DNA of 62,632 nt, counting the filler, from Choristocarpus tenellus KU-1152 (Eukaryota; Protista; Phaeophyceae), in the NCBI GenBank assembly GCA_964200185.2. It is 8 parts of 8 records of this genome, joined end to end, with 100 filler letters (N's around TTAATTAATTAA, not from the genome) between each part and the next. Parts side by side here need not be neighbours in the genome. Positions count along the whole stretch, not along the records: positions 7,795 to 26,361 come from CAXNAD020000539.1; positions 26,462 to 29,528 come from CAXNAD020022549.1; 6 more parts are not named here. One strand, given 5' to 3'. This document shows positions 13,001 through 26,530 of the stretch, piece by piece. The position numbers and the translations under genes are program-made. The notes under the pieces were generated by a model. The model did no database searches, was not told the origin of the DNA, and was given only the letters and a program-made list of their open reading frames with translations. Within the stretch, counting starts at the first letter, position 1; every line of letters begins with the position of its first letter.

Positions 13001-14063
13001 GTTTTTGATGACACTCATGGACAATGTGAGCCTCGAAAATTTTGCCTCTGAGGGGGTCCCTCGCCATCCATGGGGCCTATTTTCCCATGGCTATGTTGTT
13101 TGCTGGGTTTAAGGTATGAACTGGACAATTTATTGCGATTAACCAGCTACATATGAGAGGTGAACCACTTACTGCTGAAATTGAAGTATGTGAAGCTTTC
13201 TGTCACTGAGAGGGAGCAAAGTGTGCTAAAACAGAGTATAAGAAAAGCAAAGAAGTAAATCAGGCACGCAAATCTTGTGACAAGGAGACTGGGTCGACAA
13301 TGTCTTGGGCAGTTTCTAACGTTTGTCCCTCTACGTTGGCTTTGATTAGACACTTTGCTCAAACGAAACTATTTCTAAGACATCGAATAGCTACTATGAA
13401 TGTAGTGACAACAGTAGTGGCTACGGCACATGAACAGGAAAAAACCATATCATGACCACCAACCGTTACAGAAAGTACAATTTGCAGGAATGATTGAATA
13501 CCACAACAACCTGGCACAGTCAACCGTGGACATTCTGGGCTCTGTGCACTACAGCAAGTGCAGTCAAAGAAGGGAAAATGGCACAGACAAGATGCATGCA
13601 AAAACATAAACAAAACAAGCAAACCATGGACACACTCGGCCGATGAGACTGGTCTGCCAAAAGCACCAAGCGCACAACATGACCATCAGGTAAGATCAGT
13701 ACACGTCAATGCATCTCAATGCAACAGCAAAAACACACGAGGTAGGGGGAGGCTATCCCTAGACAACTGGAAAAAAAAAACAGATTCCTCACCTCACTTC
13801 ATAGAGGCAAGGAGAGATTCATATCCAAAGAAGAAAGCCCTAGGTTTGAGATTTGCACGAAACGATGACTTGACACTAAAGAAAAAAAAGACTTCAGAGA
13901 GGAGGGCATAGGGACAAGGCAGAATGTAGTGGACCGGGAAGTAATGTTGAAAGGACAGGGTGTAAAAACCGCATTGAAGTGATTGGGCAGACACAATCCA
14001 ACTATAATTAAAAAAAAAAGAGAGACACTGATTAAATGTCACTGTTTGTGGCGTTTTTGTCCG

Positions 14064-17000
14064 TTACGAATCAACAATTCCCTGTAAGGTGATCGTGATT
14101 TGTCGGGCATGACCCCCTCCATACCCACCAATGTCCCGATGCTCACAGAGGTAAATGCCTTGCCAGGTGCCTAGTGCCAGGCGCCCATTCGTGATTGGAA
14201 CATTGAGAGATGCTCCCACCAGTGTGCTCTGCCAGGAGAATTAAGGGATGGGCATGTGGTCTTGTGTGACAATAGCGAGCCAAAGGGGGAAAATGATCAA
14301 GTCTGAGGGGGTTTTGCTTGACAAACAACAAGACCAGTGGGTTGAATTGTCCGACCTGGAAGAGGAACTACTACTGCAGCAGCATAGTCCAGGGAACGGC
14401 AGACATAATTTACTTCCAATGTTTTCCTGACCAGCACGTGACCTACCAATCTGACCGCAATGAAGGTTAGTTCGTCATCAAATCTCACTGCCAAAGCTCA
14501 TTGTGTTTGTCACAACCTTAAGTGTGTTTCTACATAACACACAACACACACACACACACAAAACAGAAAAGCTATTGTCATGGTCACAAAGCTACAAAAA
14601 CAATGTACCATTTAATCATCAAAATATGAACTCCAACGTCACGACCGATCGCACTCTCAAGAGTATTTTTTGTCAGCATTTTCCGATTTAAAAAACGGAT
14701 TGCAGTGTGAAAACAAATTTAAAAAAAAACTGAACTTAAAAATCGAGGGATTACATTTGACTTGTCATTTTTTTGGATGTGGTGGGTGTCACAAAACAAA
14801 ATGCAGGCAAGGTTTCGATTCCAATCAAGCAAGCACATGAAACGTTTTTTGAGTTGATTTATCTGTTCTCACCAAAACTTTAGATTCAGACCAACAAAAA
14901 TGAAGGTTTAGTCATGTTTGCCGAGATTGATGGCACTTGCTTTTGACAACACCAAACCTCGATTTTTGTCACCCTCCTTTGTCACAAATGCACTAACATA
15001 CCCCTATGTATCCCACTGGTCACAAGAAGTGACACCAGAAATCACTAGACAAGCATAACAAATACCACATAGATATTTGTTCACCCATAAAGAATTCAAC
15101 GACATTTGGTCAAACGCATGTGCAAACAATGAGTGAATGTTGTCATTTCTTTAAATTAAAAAAAAACTATTGCGTCATTAGGAAAGACTGGAAATAAGCA
15201 AGTATTGAACTCCATCCCCTCTCAAGAAAAAATACAAGGCGCCACACAGATTCTCAATCTAGGGGTGTCTGATATTGAACTGGAATAGAGTGAAAGTATC
15301 TTAGAGGGTATGAGTTTTGCCCAGTTTGTCCATTTGGGACTTGGCTTCCCACAGGGTTTTTTCATGACATTTTCCTACTCTGAAACATTTTGGAGTAGTT
15401 AAAATGTGTACATTATGAAAAGGTGTGTCCAGAACAAGGATATTGGCACTTCCTAACAAATATGATAGCCAATATTACATCAAAATTGCAACATTAGGTT
15501 TCGGCACGCAAATGGACGCGGCCCTACCTTCTAAGATACTGACTCAATGGAAAAAAAGGAAGCTAGAAAAAAAAAAAATGTTCAAACCTTTACATGCCCC
15601 GTCATGTCATCAGGACCTTCAAGGGTGTGATGGAACATCTCCGTATGCCACTTGACTGGAACTATCTCTGAGCAATGGAAGAGAAATTAAGTCAAGGCAA
15701 TCAATCAGTACATTGCGGGCTTGTCAAGAAAGGAACACAAATCTCTAATACAGTATGTTCTTGGCATACACACACAATAGGCCAGTGTAATACAACATAC
15801 TCTTAATGACTTAGCAATTTTTCATGAATACAGACATGACAACCAACAGAGAGCAATGGAAACAAGGGGAAATATGATAAAACAGAAAAACTGAGAATAG
15901 AAACAATGGGCATGTCTGCAGCATGGGGGAACTCTTTGAAGCACAGTGGAGGGGACAACAACACTAACGACATCCATCCTCACCTATCCTCCCTCCCTCA
16001 CAGACAGGATATTGTGACGTTAGTGAGAGAAATGGTGGGAAAATATGAACATCTAGAAAGAGGGCAAGACCTTCCAAATGGCAAGCACATGAGGGCAGGA
16101 CAGAGAGGGGGGCAGGGGTAGCGATTTCTGCCAGTCCCACTACTTACTGAAGATCAAGGAGATCAGATCCATGTCATGTAAATCCCAGCAAGTCTCAAGG
16201 GATCTCCACTAGAATCTACGGGATATATATTTTCCAAAAAGCTACATAAAATAAGTTGATCCAGAGTATCGCAAAATGAAACATGAAACTACTATAAATA
16301 CTAACTACTCACTCATCCCGTAATCACTCATTAAAAAATTCAATCGTATCTGGGTATGAGGGTGCTGAGGGGCACAGTGGTTTCTGTTTGGGGGTGAGTT
16401 GGTATCTTGATAGGGTCGATAGGTGCTAGAAATTCGAAGGCATTGGGCACGTACGATTCAGAGATGCCTCCAAGTCTGTCCTGACGTCCGGGTCAGCCTG
16501 TGTACAGACACAATTCGCAAGCAGTAGCAAAGTAGTAAGGGAGGTTTAAGGGTGTGAAAGAAGATCCTAGCAAAAAATTTTTACTGCAAGCATAGCTAGC
16601 AGCTTATCTTTTCCAATAGATATGGACCATATCCCCACTGCAAACGGGATTCCTGGTTGGTAACGCACGTTCTCGTTGATCGTAAGAGATGCGGATGTGT
16701 GCTTGAGAAAGATATTGGCCATGCCCACGTTGAACTGGCGAAGCTCTGGAACCTGCCTCTGTATCTCTCCTGTAATAAGATGACATCCCCGGGAGGGTGC
16801 AGTGATAGTCACAGTACGCTGGGCCCATCCTGATGTTCCGGTCTTTACCTGACAAGGTTCCATCCCACACATGAAACTTGAAATTGTTAAGGTGGTCTGC
16901 CAAAGGATGGAGAAGGTTCCTCATAGAAAACAGTAGGGCAAACACTGTGGCGTGAGCGCAGGAGGAGACAATAGAGAAACCGTGAACGTCCACATACCCC

Positions 17001-17177
17001 GCTTGCAGCAACCCCTGATGAAGAAGCCTTGCGGCTCATGTCTGGCCTGGAGGCACAGGTTTTGGTGAAGACGGGAAGGGTTAAAGGTTCGGGAGGGCAG
17101 GAGAAAGCTGAGGGCCTCCCAGGGGAGAAAGATGGGGACAAGAGGGGGAAATAGGACCACAGGTGTGCGACTTTCAT
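14064..17177 (-). CDS. yjbQ: YjbQ / UPF0047 family protein (secondary thiamine-phosphate synthase-like), 5 exons, N-terminal extension
   Basis: Exons 17177(or 17234)-16998, 16848-16669, 16497-16455, 15667-15588 and 14228-14064, all GT-AG with consistent phase. Motifs RGCHLIT, KHTSASLTINENADPDVRTDL, HTLEGPDDMTGHVKS, LALGTWQGIYLCEHR. Confidence 0.93.
15288..15545 (-). mobile_element. MITE family 1 copy in a yjbQ intron
   Basis: AATA|GAGTGAAAGTATCTTAGAGGGTA...CTAAGATACTGACTC|AATG, 42 bp from the exon 4 donor. Confidence 0.9.
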
Positions 17178-17427
17178 CGAGGTAGTTGGTATCTTCAAGG
17201 CTTCACAAGGTTTGAGAAAGTCGAGAAAATTCAAAGTAGGGACAGCTCAAACGCCGCCAAATGATTCATACAACCCGAATAAAAAATATATTCGTTCGAA
17301 GAATGCTCTTTCTGGATAAAGCTAGATGCCCGCTTCTTGCAGTTAATCCAAATTGAAGGTTATAAGGTAGTTTGCACTCACCTCGTTGCAGTGGGGCTTG
17401 AGCACATAACTAGTAACTTTGCTGGCG
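17178..17427. promoter_or_regulatory. Probable bidirectional promoter between yjbQ and the ZNF598-like gene
   Basis: Divergent start codons are only 193-250 bp apart. Position-based inference. Confidence 0.5.
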
Positions 17428-20400
17428 ATGGATGGGACCAATGGTGAAGGATACAGGGGCGGGGAAAATTGTCATTCAGAGATGCAAGGGCGAGGTAGCC
17501 AGTCCGGACAGCGCGAAGGAGGTCGTGGACGTGGTCGAGGCAAGGGCAGGGGTAGGGGACGAGGGAAAGGTCGGGGCTTGGATTCTCGCACCCCTCTTGC
17601 ACGTCCAGATGTAGGGGAGAGTAACGGGCATCACATTGAGGGTCAACCTTTGCACCCGAAGAGAAGCAGCCACAGGCGAAAGAGAAATCAAGGAGGCGGT
17701 GGTGGTGGCGGTAACGGTGAAGGAAAAGGCCTTGAACCCGAGGAAGAGCAGCAGCTGTGTGTGGTTTGTGCTGAGGTACTGACTCACTACTCTGTGGGAG
17801 AGTGTAACCATCCGCACACTTGTGCTAGGTGCACCATGCGCAGTAGGGTGCTCCTGAAGGATCAGAGTTGTCCTGAGTGCAAGACTGTTCTGGATAAGCT
17901 GGTGAGCAGGATGGAGAGTAGAGATCGCGTTGACAATCCTTAACTCCAGATGCTGCCGAGATTGCCTTGTCCTCTCATCTCAGTTGCGGTTCCATCCTAT
18001 GATCCTGACCTACATGACCATCAAGTTTAAGTTTCAGTAGTGTGCTCCTCTCTCTCTCTCTCTCTCCCTCTCTCTCTCTGACACCCTCTCGCTCTATTTT
18101 TTGCGTTCTCTCTCTCCAGCAACACTCACACATACACATATTCAATGCTCCAACAATATAGCCAGGCTAACGTTTTAATGAAGTATCTCTTGTCCCCGTT
18201 CGTACTCTCACAGGTGGTAGCAGAGCTTGGCCCTGATGGTGTCGCACGCGAATTTGAATCTTTTGATCTCTGGGGCAACTATGCTGGTCCCAATGCGTGC
18301 GTTGACGATGAGAGTGGGATGTTTTTCTATTCCTGCGAGAATTTGTGGAAATCCCTTGTGTTGGCTCGCGGACTGCACTGCCCTATGAAGGGTTGTAGTA
18401 AGGGTAGAGAATCTCTAGATGTCACCAAAGGGCAGGAGCCAGAGGCATCTTTTGGGAGTAAAGGTTAGAACCAGGAACGGAGGAGAGGGAGGCAGGAGAG
18501 GACAGGTTATTGCTGCTAAAAAACTTGTGGCTTGTGGGAGTTGCTTTGAAGAAGCTATTTCTTCTTGTAGCAGGCATCGTGTTGTGAGAACATCAAGCAT
18601 GAGCTAACGTAATACCTACTTTTTCTTTATTTTGAAGGACATGTATTGCTTGCCTGCAGACCCTATTGACAAGTTGTTCTGTATGGTAATCTTTTGACAA
18701 TTGTAGGTTTCAACCCAGCATTGAGAAGGGGGTTGAGAGGGTAATTGTGTGCTATTTGTAATGCTTTCATAATCCTTTGAAGCTGTTCATGGTACTTGGA
18801 ATTAGTCATTTAGGAGTTAATGGGTTCTAGATATGTTTCAATTAAGTATGGTTTTCCTGATCTTCTACCTCTACCTTGCCCAACTATTTTACCTGAAATT
18901 AGTATGTTGCCCCTCTACAAATATGTGTTAAACCCAGCCGACCTTCAGGAACACCTTAAGAGCACCCACCAGAGGTACCTGTGCTCACTATGCCTGGAAC
19001 ACCGACCCCTGTTTATGGAGGAGCAGGAAACATTCAGTGCTGCTGGCCTCAAGAAACATGAAATGGGGATAGACGGGCATCCTTCTTGCGGTTTCTGCTC
19101 AGAGAGGTGGGTTTTAAATGGGGGATGGGTGGGGGGTAGCATGATCATTGAGGTTTGTTGAGGGTGTATGGTACGAGCTAGGGGGAGGTGATGTGGTGAT
19201 GAAAATGAATTTTGTGTGTGTGTGTGTGTTGTGGTTCATGCATCTTGCTTTGAAGTGTGCAGGTTTAGAGTTAACACAGCACTGCCCCCGAGAGATTCTT
19301 TGACTGCTGAAGTGATACTTCTCTGAAAATCATGTAAACAACTAGCTTGCCGTACATAACCATACATACAAGGCATACAACAATTGTGGGTGCACTGTCC
19401 ACACATGCACTTCCACCCTAGAGCACTTGAATGCCCTGATCCAACTACAGGAGTCTCTCATTACCCCTCCCCCTTCAAATTGCGCTCTTGGCAGGTTCTT
19501 TGACAAAGCTGAACTTTACTTCCACATGAGAGAGAAGCACATATCATGTCACTTGTGTCCACAGGAGGACCAGCACAGGCAAGTCAACTACATTTTGTAT
19601 GTAGCCAGTTTTTCCATACCCTCATAACAGCACATCCCTCCCCCTCCCCTCCCCTCCCCTCCAATCCCCCTTCACTAGTAATTTGTACTCATCTCAGGAG
19701 TCCCTACCAGCACTCTCCCCACCCCTTGGTCCTGCTCCAAGTCCAGACCTCAAAACTTCCTTAACATTGTGTCAACTAGAATGTCCACAGCGCTTCACTC
19801 CGCATTGCACTGTCCACCAAATCTCACCCCTTTCCTCAAGTTTGCCCTACCATTAGTACTCAAGGAGGTCATCGCAAGGACGAAGAGTTTTTTTCAATGG
19901 AATTTCTTTTTTTTTTCAGAATATCCTCTTGTTAGTAGTAGTAGTAGTGCACTGAAAGGAATATGTAGGCATGCTCTTAGTTCCCTTTGCTGCACGATAA
20001 CCCCTAACCCTAACCCTAATCGTAACCTCTGTTCTAGGATCACCCCAGCCCTAACCCTTGTTGTGGGATGACCTTTATGCATGTTCTACAAATCGTGTGC
20101 AAGCACTTAATGTGTCTTATTTGTGTTGTCTCCCCGCCCCTCCCCCTCAACCCCTCCCCCTCAACCTCTCCCCCTTCCCCGGTGGTGTAGATATTTCCGT
20201 GGGGATGCTCAATTGCGTGACCACCTGCGTACAGCCCACTTCCTCTGTACCACAGGGCATTGCAGGGGGGGGGTGGGGGAGGATACAAACGCCTTCGCTA
20301 CGTTTGAAGAGTACCAGGTGTGTGTGTAAAGAAAAAATTGTGTACTTGTGCCTGAGCACCAGTAAGTGCTTTTGTAGTTGTGGTTTTGTAGAGGTTTTCT

Positions 20401-23400
20401 GTTGCCTTCAAATATACTGTAATCTGTCTACAAGAGTAATACATGTAATTGCCTACAGAATGTTGGAACGGGTGACTACTGAAGGTGGAGAGGGAGGAGG
20501 AATCTCCGGGGTGCCTTGTCTTGAGTTTGTTCTGAGCGACTACGTGTCTCTTGCTAGTGATTGATTGAGGGATGACCTCAATCGCTTGTGTTTACTGCAA
20601 TCTCATGAGATTATTGTTGAGGGTTTGACACATGATTTTTGTGAGAGGATATGGGGGGTGGCTGGTACTCTTATCTCCCACCCCCCTTCACTATTTGTCC
20701 TTGACCTTGGACACTGATGATACTTAGAGTTGTGAAGTGTATTGATAAGATGATGAGACACCTTCGCCTTTGTTGAAGTGTGCCCAGGTGGACAGTAGCC
20801 AGGACTTCTTTGTGAGTCCATATACTTTGAAATCACCTCTCTTTGTTTACTATTGCCTAATGATGTAACTTTGTTAAACCCCAATTTTGATTTATTTTTT
20901 TTGCAGAGGACTTGCCCATACACTGCATCTTGGGAAAAAATGGTTAAGTCATTTTTTTTTCGTTTTGTCTTGAGTTTTTCTTGTAATGCCTTTTCATTCT
21001 GTGTACAACAAAGAAGAGGCAATGCCGCTTGAGCTCGATTCTGTGCTCTTCAGCATGATCATCTTCAGCATTGTGATAGACGATGTTCTAACAGAACGAT
21101 GTATCCTACCCTGAGACAGTATCACTCGTAAGCCCTAATCCTGAAAAAGAAAAAACTTGAATGACACCGTAATGACTGAGAATCACTGCGTGGAGATTGA
21201 TTTGTCACAAGAGTGTGTTTCCTTTGATGATATATCGGATCAGGAGTGTGTACACTGGCATCACTTATCTGTGATATACTTCCTTAGCGCTCATCACCAC
21301 TAGTCAATTGTTGTTTATGTATTGGGTTAGCTACTCCAAAATGTATTTGCAGCTCCACCGGTGGTGTCCATGTGTGCTCCAGCACCTATTACCAGAACAC
21401 ACAACTTCTCGAATACACAATATGGAATATTTTTGTACCCTCCCTGTCCAATCCACTCCCTCACCCACATCATGTACTACATAGTATGCTGTAGTGCCCT
21501 GGAGCTCTGATCCATGAGCGCTCTACTCTTTCTGTGCCGTCTCTTTTTTGTTTCCCCTCTTGTTATTTTCCCACACACCCCTTCCACCCTGCTTTTTCCA
21601 ACCCCCACTGCTGTCTCCCCCTCCCATAGCTACACTTGACTACAGAGCACGGCATCACTGACCACAGGGCTGCTGTGGGCTTCACTGTCCGTCGCTCTGC
21701 ACGTGACGGGTCCGGTGTGGACTCAGGGGTTGCAGTCCCTCCAGGCCAGGTGCTTCCAGCACCAGACCCTAACCCTAATTTTGAAGGAGGTGTTTTTGTG
21801 CCACCACCAATACCTCCTCCACCAGGTCAGGGGGGCGGGGCAAGGTGGAATGGTGGGGACAGTGTGGCAGCTGAGAGGGGGCTGGTTTTCAGTGGCAACT
21901 GGGGCAGGGGAGAGACCAATGGAACTAGTGACGGGACAGGACAAGAGGCATTCCCCAGCCTGCCGACAGTGGGGGTGAGATTGGAGGGGCGGAACAGTGA
22001 TCTCTCCCTGGTGGGGAAGGCACGGGGTGGAAGGGGGACAGGTGTCGGAAGGGGTGGTGGATCAGGGAGGGGATCTTCAGTCCCCTGGGCGGACTCTGGA
22101 GCAGCACCTGGGGCTAGTGCTGTGTCTGGGACATCTGGAGTGAGGGTAGGAGGACGGGGGGGGGAGGAAGTTGTAGAGGTGAGGGAGAGGAGCTTTGCTT
22201 TCATTAATGAAATCTTAACCCTACAATTGTCTCTTATTTCATTAGTGTTCCGATTCTGGAAAATTTGAACCCTCCCCCCAACCCCATGGTTTGCCATGCT
22301 GTGGCAACTGAAGTTGGTGCTGTGTTGTAGTGTTGTACACCCGTGGAGGAACAAGTGAGGCATTCTTCAACTCAAGAAAATCGACAGATGTGTAGTAGTG
22401 TGATGATGATTATATCCGAGTCCTGCAGTTGTCAGGCCTGTGACTCAAGAGGCATGGCCTGCAATGATTTCTTCTTTCAGATTCATCCTTCCCCTTTCCC
22501 CTGCTCCCGCCCCTCCTCCCCCCCATGCCCTTTCTCTCATTTGCCACACACACAACCCCACACAACCCCCCATCATGAACCCAGACAATTTCCAAGTTGT
22601 CTGTGACCGTCAATCACACCTGTCTTTCGTTGTGTGTAAACTCTTTTGCCATCCCCATGCAAGGGAGACAAAAAAAAACTTCTTCGAAATAAACGTCTAG
22701 CAGAGGCCCTGGGCATACAAACAGCTCTGGGGGCCAGTGCTGCTGTGGGTGGCCCCAAGGTTGGGGCCAGGGCTGGAGGGGACGCAGTGGCGGTGGGAGT
22801 GGGGGCGGGGAAAGACCTGCAGTTCTTTCGTGACCAGCTGGCCAGGGTCACCTATGCGCCAGAGCTCGTTACATGGGCCAGGTGTGTGCGCGTGCGCTTG
22901 TGTTCCTGTAGGATCCTACATTATTGTAGTGCTTTAGTAATTTTCAATTTTTGTTTTTGTTTTTTTTCTCTGCTGCGTACACGTAGAATTTTCTGGTTTC
23001 TTTATTATTCTGTACTATTTTTATATATATATATATTTGTGTGTGTGTGTGTGTCGGGTGTTATCGATGTGTATATTCCAAGCGCTAAGTATCACGCTGG
23101 TGTTTACAGGACATCCTGTGGCAAAGGGCTGCTGCTGTGGTTTGTTTGAGCCAAGGATGTAGTAGTTAGTTTGGGGGCGGGGCGGAGGGAGGAAGTTAAA
23201 TACCTGGGGCATGTGTGTGTATAGTTGGCCTTAAAGAGGAAGCAGATAACAATAGCCACCCCTAGTGAAATATGGTTGGTCCAGGCATCTAGATTGAGTA
23301 AATATATCATTGTTGAGTACACGCATGTGGTATATCTCTATCTCTGTGTTAGTTTGCACTATTTGTCAAAATGATCGTTTCTTAATAGAGTCAGACAGAC

Positions 23401-25828
23401 AATATCAATACTTCCAAGAGTATAAATGTGTATGATGTATTGTGGTGCATGCTTTGAAGGCAAGTTGAAGCAATGGGGGGGGGAGGGCTTAGAGACTAGC
23501 CTACTAGATATCGTACGTTGGCAGAGAGGATATTGTACAGATGGTGCATACCTTGTTTTGTCAACACACACATGCACGCACATACATAAACGGCAGGAGC
23601 AACCGTGGGGAGTTGTTAAAGCTGGAGAGGCGTCTAGCTGATCTGATCACAGACCGGAAGGGTACCAGTGTACAACTCAAGCACATGCCACGGGTGAGGG
23701 AAGTTAGGAGAACCATATAGTAAATATATGGTGTATGTATGCATGCATGTGTGTGTGTGTTATGCGTGTGTTATGTGTGTGTGCCGTAAGGAAGGTTTGA
23801 TTCAGACTGTTTTGGCACCATTCCAAAGCGAGAGTCCTGTCTGGGACCATGCACACACAAGTAGTTAATTTTATCGTGTACTGGGGAAGTGACCTTGCAG
23901 GTCGTGCTTCAGCTTGTGTTTGGCTGACCTCAAAATAGTCTTCCTCCTCCCCTCGGGACTGTAGTGTGGTGTCACCTTGGTGTCTGGACCTTGTCCACTC
24001 TCTGTTGAAAACCGTAGCATGCAAACATTGACTCTGATTGGGTGAACTAATTTAAATAATTTGTGAACCAATGTTTTGGGTGTCGCATACACCCCACTTA
24101 AGCACGCAGGGGTATAGTCTACTTCTCTACTTCTCATTCTTGTGTACAACATCTATAGCTGAGTAAGTATAAACGCCAACAGCCTCTAATCTTTGTATTG
24201 ACTTCAATCCTCTTGACCTTTGCTGTACTCCAAAGGGTATCACCTCCTTCTTGTCCAATCCCATGTGTTCCTTTTTCTCCTTATGATATGTACTCCCCCC
24301 CCCCCCCCCTCCCCCCCACCCCTCCCTCCAACAACCCAAACTTTCCACCCCCCGCCCTCTTTCTTTCCGAGTTGGGAGNNNNNNNNNNCCTTGGTTCCTT
24401 TTTCCCCTTTTGCTATCTCCCCCCCCCCCCCCCCTGCCCTCCCACCTCTTCCCTCAAACACACACAATGTACAGCCCGAGCGTCGTTTCGTTCACGAGTT
24501 GGCAGTTTACTATGGCCTGGCCACGCAGTCCTTCGATGCCGAGCCTAAGCGCTATGTCTCTGTCATCAAGCAAAAGGTATACCCCTATGTGACGTACTGT
24601 TACCCTATAAGACAGTGGTACTGGACTCTGCATGCACATTTGTGTATTTTTCTGTTTTTTGAGTTTGGCAGACTCTACTCCTTTTGAGCTGTTTTCGTCG
24701 TTTTTTTCTGTTGAAGTGAATGGAAAATTTAAAGCTCATGGATCTTTCACCTGCTCTGTCTGGTCCTTTCCCCCGAGTCCTTATTCCCCTTCCTCTTCCC
24801 CTGCCTCCCTTTCCTCTCCCCTCTACCTGCCCTAACCTTTCCACAAATGGCAGGGTTGTAGAATACCTTCACCGCTCCTGAGTGTGGCCTGTCAAAACCC
24901 CAACTACAGGGGTGCAGATGGTGCCTCTGCTACACCACTGCCTGCTTCAGGGGTAAGAGAGAGGGGGGGGGGAGGATGATTGCATTGCCAAATATATATG
25001 GAGGGTTGGTATTGCTGCCTTTTACAGGGATAAGGAGGTGGGGGTAAGGGTGAAGGGAAGGATCTCCTAATACTTCAGAAGGCTTTTGAAGCAAACCTCA
25101 TTACTGTTGGCATGTAGTGTGTGTTCTGGAGTGGGGTGCAATGTGATTTAGTTACAAGGATACATGCGTTGTTTGAACCTTGAGGGGAGCTTATCATTCT
25201 TTTGATCCATGGCATAGGAAGTTGTGGGAGGTTGTGTTTGGAAGGCGTATATCGATTGATTGGAATGCAAGAGAAATGACATCATGCTGTGGTGGGTATC
25301 ACTTAGAGTAACCCTTTGCCAGCCCTGTCCAACATGCCTTGCAGGATGACAGACCTCAATGTATTGAGTTTTGTGGGTACTCGGGTTGTGGTCAAAGTGT
25401 GTGGGAAGGCACCAGCCATATCATTTTTTTTTGTTTGTCAACTGGAGGGCACAGGCATGGTCCTTGCATCCTGGCACACTGTGTCTGGGCATATGAAGGC
25501 TTGTCTTGCCAGTGTGGTTTTGAGACTTGGCTTGCCAGTATCACCCCAAACGCCAAGAGGGCCCGAAATGTCAAGAGTAGTTATGTCAGAACAATCTCAC
25601 TTTCTTGAAATGGTTGCACCAAAAATTTCCACATGTATTCGTTTGGATGGGACAACTACAGTTGATACGGCGGTGGAAATAATGCTGTATACATATTTTT
25701 ATATTTTTATGTATATATATACATCCAAGAGTCTATCCCTCTACAATTTTTTTTTTTTTCTTTGGGACACACAGGCCGCAACCCGGCCGGATGGTATGGA
25801 GTACACACCATACCTCTGGTTTTTGTAG
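17428..25828 (+). CDS. ZNF598: ZNF598/Hel2-like E3 ubiquitin ligase (RGG-rich N-terminus, RING, C2H2 zinc fingers, C-terminal R3H domain)
   Basis: Exons 17428-17901, 18214-18463, 18938-19106, 19495-19578 (GC donor), 20191-20317, 21630-22178, 22664-22881, 23597-23693, 24475-24576 and 24854-24952, probable 25775-25828; phases consistent. RING CVVC...CNHPHTCARC...CPEC; CSLCLEHRPLF, GHPSCGFC...H...H; R3H MPRPERRFVHELAVYYGLATQSFDAEPKRYV. The 3' end is uncertain. Confidence 0.88.
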
Positions 25829-26291
25829 TGAAGTCAATGAAGGGTTGGGGCTGTTGTGTCTAATGTATATGTATGTTGTATTGTGGGTCAGGGTTAGGGT
25901 TAACCCACTGCGTGAATGGTTTGGGGCAGGGAGATTGCACATGTTCTAGGTGAACCAGCTCATTTGTTTTGTAAAAATAATACTTGAACTTGTATTGCCA
26001 ATATTTCAGAGGTCAAATGTGTGAAGTAACCATACAGACTAGGCCACAAAACACAATACTGACCTCAGGATATTGATACACAACCCATCTGATGAAACAC
26101 AGGCTGGCCATGATACATACATTCAACGCCACTAATCTTCCCTTTGAAGCACCTTCACTATGCTACTCCACCTACAAGTTCAATGCCACCCTCACTCTAT
26201 CCCTCGGCCCCTCCCCTCTTCAACAAACATGAGCACATATTGTCACTCTCCTTCATATCCATTCCAGGAGAGCCATCCTCACTCAATGAAC

Positions 26292-26359
<68 letters not shown>

Positions 26360-26461
26360 ACNNNNNNNNNNNNNNNNNNNNNNNNNNNNNNNNNNNNNNN
26401 NNNNNTTAATTAATTAANNNNNNNNNNNNNNNNNNNNNNNNNNNNNNNNNNNNNNNNNNNN

Positions 26462-26530
26462 AAAAAAAGAGTTGTTTGACTGAGTCGGATGTCCCATCAC
26501 AAACCCCCCCCCCCCCCAGATACTTTGACC
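26462..26530 (-). mobile_element. MITE family 3 (foldback) terminal arm, truncated by linker
   Basis: Reverse complement of the GGTCAAAGTATCTGGG...GGTTTGTGA...GTCAAACAACTCTTTTTTT arm seen at 37861 and 50660. Confidence 0.75.

Noticed and set aside
26144-26417. Poly-proline ORFs
   Set aside because: A poly-C run at a contig end; low complexity and possibly artefactual.
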